Notes under the pieces: model-generated
Told to the model about the DNA's origin: nothing
Seen by the model: the letters and a program-made list of their open reading frames with translations, nothing else
The model's database searches: none
Translations under genes and position numbers: made by a program
Source of the DNA: a virus
Reading direction: 5' to 3' (one strand)
IMG/VR virus record: IMGVR_UViG_3300045988_014604
Location: 1 to 19,627 of that record
Length of the DNA: 19,627 nt
Part shown: in pieces, positions 1 through 4,346 of the stretch
How the letters are laid out: every line of letters begins with the position of its first letter
Position numbering within the stretch: the first letter of the stretch is position 1

Positions 1-109
1 GGGAGGGGTGTGGACTTGTGTGAAGATTTTCCCTTGTGGTTTTTTTTATTTGTGTATTATTTTTTTTTGTTCTGTGACCTCGTTGTTACTTTGTTTTGTT
101 TAAGCCTCT

Positions 110-138
110 ATTATATTTTTTTTGCGCTTGCCTGTCAA
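110..138 (-). promoter_or_regulatory. Consensus sigma70/sigmaA-type promoter facing the left genome terminus
   Basis: On the minus strand: TTGACA (138..133), a 17-nt spacer, then TATAAT (115..110). This matches the -35/-10 consensus and optimal spacing exactly. The predicted start is near 103 and transcription runs toward position 1. A mirror copy lies at 19490..19518 (+). Confidence 0.5.
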
Positions 139-152
139 GTTTTTTTTATTTA

Positions 153-164
153 GGGCGTGTCGTT
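153..164 (+). promoter_or_regulatory. 12-nt motif GGGCGTGTCGTT, copy 1 (candidate operator)
   Basis: An exact 12-mer also occurs at 292..303, with mirror copies at 19464..19475 and 19325..19336. This copy sits between the -35 boxes of the divergent ITR promoters and is flanked by T-tracts. Confidence 0.35.
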
Positions 165-171
165 TTTTTTA

Positions 172-198
172 TTGACACTGTGTCAATGGTTGTATATA
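172..198 (+). promoter_or_regulatory. Inward-facing ITR promoter
   Basis: TTGACA at 172..177, a 15-nt spacer, then TATATA at 193..198 (or a 17-nt spacer to TATACA). A T8 tract lies upstream. The -35 box is one arm of the inverted repeat TTGACA-ctg-TGTCAA, and the -10 box lies in the palindrome TTGTATATACAA. Confidence 0.35.
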
Positions 199-239
199 CA
201 ACAATCTGTGTTTGACTAAGTTACGGTAACGTAACCGTA

Positions 240-275
240 GCTATCGGCCGGTCGGTAGCTGTCTTTTATTTTTTT
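240..275 (+). terminator. Hairpin plus T-run inside the ITR (intrinsic terminator-like)
   Basis: GCTATCGG-ccgg-TCGGTAGC forms an 8-bp stem with two G-U pairs at 240..259. It is followed by tgtcTTTTaTTTTTTT. An 18-bp near-palindrome TACGGTAACGTAACCGTA lies just upstream at 222..239. Confidence 0.4.
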
Positions 276-291
276 GCTTTGTTTTGTTTTC

Positions 292-303
292 GGGCGTGTC
301 GTT
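292..303 (+). promoter_or_regulatory. 12-nt motif GGGCGTGTCGTT, copy 2
   Basis: Exact repeat of 153..164. It occupies the -35 region of the extended -10 promoter at 314..322. Confidence 0.35.
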
Positions 304-313
304 GTTTTGTTTG

Positions 314-322
314 TGTTATGAT
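314..322 (+). promoter_or_regulatory. Extended -10 promoter (TGtTATGAT) for the left terminal gene
   Basis: TGTTATGAT lies about 34 nt upstream of the ATG at 356. The RBS GGAAAGGAAA (341..350) follows. All of this is inside the ITR. Confidence 0.45.
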
Positions 323-355
323 GTAGTTATCAAGTTCAAGGGAAAGGAAAATAAA

Positions 356-616
356 ATGATTAATTTTACTGCATATGTTACCGAGTTCGAGAAGGATAAT
401 CGATACGAGGTGACTATTGAGGGAGTTTGGAGTGGTTTTACTTCCATCGATGGGCTGGAAGATAATTCTACTCTTTCGTTCCAGCGGGCGCTTGCGGGTA
501 TCGTAGAGGTTTTCTTAAGCAACGACTACGATATTAACATGGTCTCTGCTAAAAGCCGTTCTAGGGAAGGGCGCCCGTGCCGTAAGTACGTTATCTCGAT
601 TAATGACGGAGACTGA
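356..616 (+). CDS. Small hypothetical protein, 86 aa; possible HicB/UPF0150-like alpha/beta fold
   Basis: ATG at 356 is preceded by GGAAAGGAAA. The longer track ORF from 284 starts at a TTG and is ITR read-through. The beta-beta-alpha pattern FTAYVTEFE..RYEVTIEGV..STLSFQRALAGIVEVFL resembles HicB-like antitoxin N-domains, but the match is weak. This is the only plus-strand gene. Confidence 0.6.
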   Translation: MINFTAYVTEFEKDNRYEVTIEGVWSGFTSIDGLEDNSTLSFQRALAGIVEVFLSNDYDINMVSAKSRSREGRPCRKYVISINDGD

Positions 617-625
617 CGTATAAAA

Positions 626-660
626 GTAAAGCCCCTAGGCCAACAGTCTAGGGGCTTTAC
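626..660. terminator. Bidirectional intrinsic terminator between convergent genes
   Basis: A perfect 13-bp stem, GTAAAGCCCCTAG (626..638) with CTAGGGGCTTTAC (648..660), encloses a 9-nt loop. The flank is T-rich on the minus strand (ACTTTTATA). It ends both the long minus-strand late operon and the plus-strand gene. Confidence 0.8.
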
Positions 661-665
661 TTATG

Positions 666-1313
666 TCATACAAGGTATTGTGTCGTACCGTTTACGGCTT
701 TTAGCGCGACATATCGTGTCTTGCCTGACCCGCCGACATAGTGTGCCCAAATATATCCGTCTGCGATCGTGGTGCCACTCATGAGGTTGACAGTCTGTCC
801 TTTGCGGTATTGTGCCACGATCTGACTGTGGATGCTTGGCGCTGAACGTACGTTGAGCACGTCAACGTTGACTCGATAGGCGCGTGCGGTAGTGGTGGTG
901 TTGTTGCCGCTGTTGCGTGGATAAAAGTAGCCTATGATACCTCTTTTACCGATATTGACGTATCCGGCCTTGTTGGGGTTTTGTGACATGGTGGTGATTG
1001 TGCCATTGCCGTTGTCTTTAATTACGATGGCGACATGGTTCATGCCACTGCGTTTCCAAAACGCCACGTCACCGTAGGTTGGCGTATAGTTGGCTGACTC
1101 TTTGGTGAAAGCGTTTTGCAATGCGCGACTGCGTTCGTACCGCGCCGTGTATACGCTTGCCGCGTATCCGTCTACGGTGTTCGTATCGGCGGCTGGGATG
1201 CCGTACACGTGACGCGCGTAGGAACTCCATAAGTCCCAGCATTGTCCGCCATATGCGCCGTCCATGTCGATGGTTTTGCCGTTGACTGAGTTAATCCACT
1301 CTTGGATGTTCAT
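666..1313 (-). CDS. Endolysin: N-terminal CHAP amidase/peptidase plus C-terminal SH3b cell-wall-binding domain (215 aa)
   Basis: The CHAP signature is DMDGAYGGQCWDLW (catalytic Cys) and GDVAFW..NHVAIV (His). The C-terminus YRVNVDVLNVRSAPS..GYIWAHY is SH3b-like. I moved the start to MNIQEW (ATG 1313..1311) because AAGGAG lies 6 nt upstream. The track start at 1364 is a GTG with no RBS. Confidence 0.9.
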   Translation of the reverse strand: MNIQEWINSVNGKTIDMDGAYGGQCWDLWSSYARHVYGIPAADTNTVDGYAASVYTARYERSRALQNAFTKESANYTPTYGDVAFWKRSGMNHVAIVIKDNGNGTITTMSQNPNKAGYVNIGKRGIIGYFYPRNSGNNTTTTARAYRVNVDVLNVRSAPSIHSQIVAQYRKGQTVNLMSGTTIADGYIWAHYVGGSGKTRYVALKAVNGTTQYLV

Positions 1314-1324
1314 TTTTTGCTCCT

Positions 1325-1501
1325 TTACACGGTTTGTGTTAGATATAGTATTGCTGTGAGCCACGGTATTATGGTTGCTAGCATAAGCTGGACGGCTCCT
1401 TTACGATACCGCTGTCCAGTCTTAAGGCGCGATAGGCAGTATGCCGTCCATCCTACGATTGCTAAAATGCTGAGCACGTAGAATGCTAATATTCGGTTCA
1501 T
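1325..1501 (-). CDS. Small two-TM membrane protein, 58 aa (second holin, antiholin or lysis accessory candidate); absent from the ORF track
   Basis: Hand translation gives MNRILAFYVLSILAIVGWTAYCLSRLKTGQRYRKGAVQLMLATIIPWLTAILYLTQTV: two hydrophobic helices joined by a basic loop. Its ATG overlaps the holin stop as ATGA (1498..1501). Its TAA lies beside the endolysin RBS. Confidence 0.65.
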   Translation of the reverse strand: MNRILAFYVLSILAIVGWTAYCLSRLKTGQRYRKGAVQLMLATIIPWLTAILYLTQTV

Positions 1502-1863
1502 TTGTTGCCGTGCCTTGGCTTGGTGTTGTTCTGTGCGAAGATCTGCATGAATGGCGCGTCTGCTAATTCGGGATTGATTACGGTTATATTCTCCAAAATC
1601 GACGTGAGTTCAATTAAGCAGATACCGCCAACCGTGCAGACGAATACGGACACCGGTAGCCCTAAATCGACATGCAAGTTAACCTCGTCGATAAACCATG
1701 CTGTCAGTACGAGAATGAAGTAGGCGAACTTGTGGCCTAGCCCCTCCCGCATTTTTTTTGAACTCAAATTATCTTGCATGATGGCTTTCGCCACGCCGGT
1801 TACGTAATCGGTGGTGATGAAGAACGTGACTGCGATGGTACACCATACGTCCGCTGTTGTCAT
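1498..1863 (-). CDS. Holin (phage_holin_4 / TcdE-like family), 121 aa
   Basis: Multiple TM segments are present, along with the family-like motif SSKKMREGLGHKFAYFILVLTAWFID. It lies directly upstream of the endolysin. The RBS AGGAAGGA is 9 nt from the ATG. Confidence 0.8.
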   Translation of the reverse strand: MTTADVWCTIAVTFFITTDYVTGVAKAIMQDNLSSKKMREGLGHKFAYFILVLTAWFIDEVNLHVDLGLPVSVFVCTVGGICLIELTSILENITVINPELADAPFMQIFAQNNTKPRHGNK

Positions 1864-1878
1864 TGTTGCTGTTCCTTC

Positions 1879-2946
1879 CTATTTTCCTAGCAGTTCTCCG
1901 ATTATCAAACCAAAATCTGCTTTGACTTGTGAGTCGTCGAATCTTATTTTACCTAGTCGATAGCCGGTTGTGAGTCGGCGTATTATATCATCTGATTTTT
2001 TGACGTACCATGTTCTTTCGTCAACGTGGTTCGGGTCGAGTGTGTAGACGGGGCGAGTGCTGTCTTTAGGAATACGCCGTGAAACATATTGTGAAACACG
2101 TCCGTCTCGTTCAGACACGGATATCCATATGCCGAAACGCGCGTAATCGGTGGTGTCTAGAACGTAGGACAGCTCGCCGTCGCTAGGAATCGGAGCTATC
2201 AACGTATCCGACTCGTCGCGGAACTTGTTACGTATTGCATAATCGGCATAGTCGCCATCGTACTTTTCGAGAAACCGTCCGAACTTTGACTTGGCGACTT
2301 TGGCCGAAAAACCACCATAGTCCGCTAGTTCGAGACAGATAAAACCACCGCAATACAATCTATATTGTTGCCGGTTGGCCTGCTGTGCGCCAATATCCAA
2401 ACGGTATTTTGCGAAATAGGGGTTAGCCTTTTGAACCGCGTTCGACAGGAATAGTACTTTTGTCCTATCCTGCCACCTATCGACGGTGTTGTAAAACTCG
2501 CTGAACGAGTTTACTTCATTACTTAAGAATCTGAGATTGTCTGGAAAGATCTCGTCGAAGATAATGAGATGCACGTTTGGATAAGCGACTGATTTCAGTC
2601 CGCCCGCCTGAGATAGTGCGACGAAATAACAGCATGTACGCCAGTCCTTTTCATCCCATGAAACCTTATGAATCTGCCCTTTTTCGCCGTTGACGCGAAA
2701 CTCGTAGGACGGGAAGAATTCTTGAATATCCTTGAAAAAGGTCTCTTTCCTATGCTGTTCGACGTCTGTACGGCGTAGATAAATGAACTCATGGCCGTGC
2801 TTGAGATATTCCTTGATGCCATACCGTTTCGCGGCGAACGTCTTGCCTAAACCGCGCGCGCCGATCACGAAATTCCACGGCGCGTTCCGCGTCAACAGAT
2901 TGTGTAGGTTGTAATAATCGCTCTCGTCAAGCGTCTGTAATGTCAT
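1879..2946 (-). CDS. DNA encapsidation ATPase (phi29 gp16-like), 355 aa
   Basis: Walker A is GARGLGKT and Walker B is HLIIFDEIF. Size and context fit Podovirus_Gp16-type packaging ATPases. The RBS AGGAAGGG is 8 nt from the ATG. Confidence 0.9.
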   Translation of the reverse strand: MTLQTLDESDYYNLHNLLTRNAPWNFVIGARGLGKTFAAKRYGIKEYLKHGHEFIYLRRTDVEQHRKETFFKDIQEFFPSYEFRVNGEKGQIHKVSWDEKDWRTCCYFVALSQAGGLKSVAYPNVHLIIFDEIFPDNLRFLSNEVNSFSEFYNTVDRWQDRTKVLFLSNAVQKANPYFAKYRLDIGAQQANRQQYRLYCGGFICLELADYGGFSAKVAKSKFGRFLEKYDGDYADYAIRNKFRDESDTLIAPIPSDGELSYVLDTTDYARFGIWISVSERDGRVSQYVSRRIPKDSTRPVYTLDPNHVDERTWYVKKSDDIIRRLTTGYRLGKIRFDDSQVKADFGLIIGELLGK

Positions 2947-2972
2947 GCTTGCAACCCTTCCTAAAAGCTAGT

Positions 2973-3004
2973 GGAGGGCGTGCGCCATGACTCGCACGCC
3001 CTCC
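2973..3004 (-). other. GC-rich 12-bp RNA hairpin in the 135-nt untranslated gap upstream of the ATPase gene
   Basis: GGAGGGCGTGCG (2973..2984) pairs perfectly with CGCACGCCCTCC (2993..3004) around an 8-nt loop. On the minus strand only a short run follows (ACTAGCTTTTAGG). Confidence 0.6.
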
Positions 3005-3081
3005 GCCAACCTATCATCGGCGGCCATTCAAGTGGGAAAGGTCATCACATAACCACCGCCGTTACTAAGTATACCACACTT

Positions 3082-4305
3082 TTAGAACGCTGGCGGATTA
3101 GACTTGCCATCCCAAACACTTAAAAGTGAATATGCTTGATTATATCGTGTTGTGTATGGGCCGAACGGAAACGTGCTTAGAATGTTGTTTTTAAGCTGTG
3201 CGAGGTTCAATGCTTTCGGCACCTTTAGGGCGTTAGCGGGCGACTGGTGATATGCCGTTATCCAAAGAATTTGCATTTTCGCATCATTATACTCTTTGGG
3301 ATAGCCCGCGTAGTCTTCCGCAAACTGCTTGCGTTGACCATCACGCGACTCACTGCGTGCCGCCCACGTGCGGAACGCGGCCGCTTCCGCTGAAGTGAGC
3401 GAACGCTTAAACGTACCACCCGACTCCATAAGCGCGGCGATCTCAGGTGCGGCGGTTCTGAACGCATTATATCCGGTTGGGTCGGCGGCTTTCATGGCGT
3501 TCAGCACTTGCAGGCGTCGCTCGAAACTCCATTGCGCAATGCCAATACCCTGCAAGTTGGCCGCTTCTACTGCATCCCACCGCAATCCAGCTTCCACAGC
3601 GCCAATAACATAGAGAGCATAAGAGTTCTCCGCCGACAAAGACACGGATGGATGCGCCTGCCCGTTGTCGCTGGACGGCTGCGATTGCGACGCCTTTTCC
3701 AAAAAATTATTAGCCGTCGTGCGGTAGAAAATGCGAGTCCGCGTTCCAGCGTTATCGCTTTCGTGCAAATAAAGATCGTCGCCTTGCCAGTGTATCCACG
3801 CGCCACCGCGCGCGGAGTCGGCGGAACCGTGGCTATTATCCCCCGTGGGGTTCTTTTCGGTGGACGTCGTGCCGCCACCTTCGCCTAGTGCCTTGGGGTG
3901 AAGGTAGCCTAGGAATGCGGTTAGGTCGAACGTCATGCGCTGTGCGGGGTTCGGGTTTTGAGACAACACGGTGATACGCCCGTTGTGCACGCCATTCTCC
4001 ATTACGATGGAGACATGTGAGCCGGTATGTTGGCTTGAAAAATTCCAAAACGCCACATCCCCCTTCACCGGTACATAATCGGCTGGTTTCTTTTCAAAAA
4101 TAGCAGCCATCTTAGAGTTAGTCGGAAACCTTGTGTAGTTTCCTTCGGCGTAGCCGGTTGGCGTGATGCAATCGGACACAGAAGCGCCGTACAAGTCCAT
4201 GCAGTATTTAGCCCACAAGTCCCAGCACTGGGCACCGTACGCCCCGTCCATGTCCCAGTAGCGGCCTTGTGTCTGCTTAATCCAATCGTCAAAAGTAATA
4301 GCCAT
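3082..4305 (-). CDS. Tail-associated peptidoglycan hydrolase: N-terminal CHAP plus a C-terminal lysozyme/transglycosylase-like domain (407 aa); phi29 gp13 position
   Basis: The N-terminus DMDGAYGAQCWDLW..GDVAFW..SHVSIV..SQNPN is paralogous to the endolysin CHAP. The C-terminal half contains VEAG..VEAANLQGIGIAQWSF, reminiscent of GH23-like E...G(L/I)xQ motifs; that call is weak. The gene sits between the fibre genes and the ATPase. Confidence 0.75.
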   Translation of the reverse strand: MAITFDDWIKQTQGRYWDMDGAYGAQCWDLWAKYCMDLYGASVSDCITPTGYAEGNYTRFPTNSKMAAIFEKKPADYVPVKGDVAFWNFSSQHTGSHVSIVMENGVHNGRITVLSQNPNPAQRMTFDLTAFLGYLHPKALGEGGGTTSTEKNPTGDNSHGSADSARGGAWIHWQGDDLYLHESDNAGTRTRIFYRTTANNFLEKASQSQPSSDNGQAHPSVSLSAENSYALYVIGAVEAGLRWDAVEAANLQGIGIAQWSFERRLQVLNAMKAADPTGYNAFRTAAPEIAALMESGGTFKRSLTSAEAAAFRTWAARSESRDGQRKQFAEDYAGYPKEYNDAKMQILWITAYHQSPANALKVPKALNLAQLKNNILSTFPFGPYTTRYNQAYSLLSVWDGKSNPPAF

Positions 4306-4327
4306 GCCACCATTATAGTGGCATGGC
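4301..4327 (-). promoter_or_regulatory. Perfect 10-bp inverted repeat enclosing the tail-lysin start codon, with TATAAT in the loop
   Basis: GCCATGCCAC (4301..4310) and GTGGCATGGC (4318..4327) flank a 7-nt loop. On the minus strand the loop reads TATAATG. The start ATG (4305..4303) lies in the 3' arm, and its A is the 7th nt after the TATAAT. Confidence 0.5.
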
Positions 4328-4346
4328 TATCGCTTAAAATAGTCTG

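Larger units (their letters stand above)
1..359. repeat. Left inverted terminal repeat (ITR-L), 359 bp
   Basis: Positions 1..359 are the exact reverse complement of 19269..19627, checked by eye in blocks. Identity ends after position 359: position 360 is t, where the mirrored base would give a. The plus strand is T/G-rich, with T8-T9 tracts at about 40, 60, 116, 140, 163 and 269. Confidence 0.95.

Noticed and set aside
1-103. The outward ITR run-off RNA could be the pRNA, by analogy with the phi29 pRNA being transcribed toward the left end.
   Set aside because: The predicted RNA of about 100 nt is A/C-rich and has almost no self-complementarity, unlike a pRNA. The structured unit at 13664..13831 is a better candidate. 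The promoter itself is still reported as a finding.
284-355. A 24-aa N-terminal extension MFSGVSLFCLCYDVVIKFKGKENK is shared by track ORFs 284..616 (+) and 19042..19344 (-), which looks like a conserved domain.
   Set aside because: It is simply translation of the ITR from a TTG codon. Both real genes most likely start at the ATG preceded by GGAAAGGAAA (356 and 19272). The identical peptide is a consequence of the inverted repeat.
1314-1364. Longer N-terminal versions exist for several genes: endolysin from 1364, portal from 9235, tail knob from 11560, coiled-coil protein from 7471, p6-like from 17250 and the 171-aa protein from 17743.
   Set aside because: Most of these track starts are GTG or TTG codons, or ATGs without an SD sequence. 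Internal ATGs with AGGAGG-type RBSs at proper spacing exist, and for the endolysin the shorter form aligns with the paralogous CHAP N-terminus.
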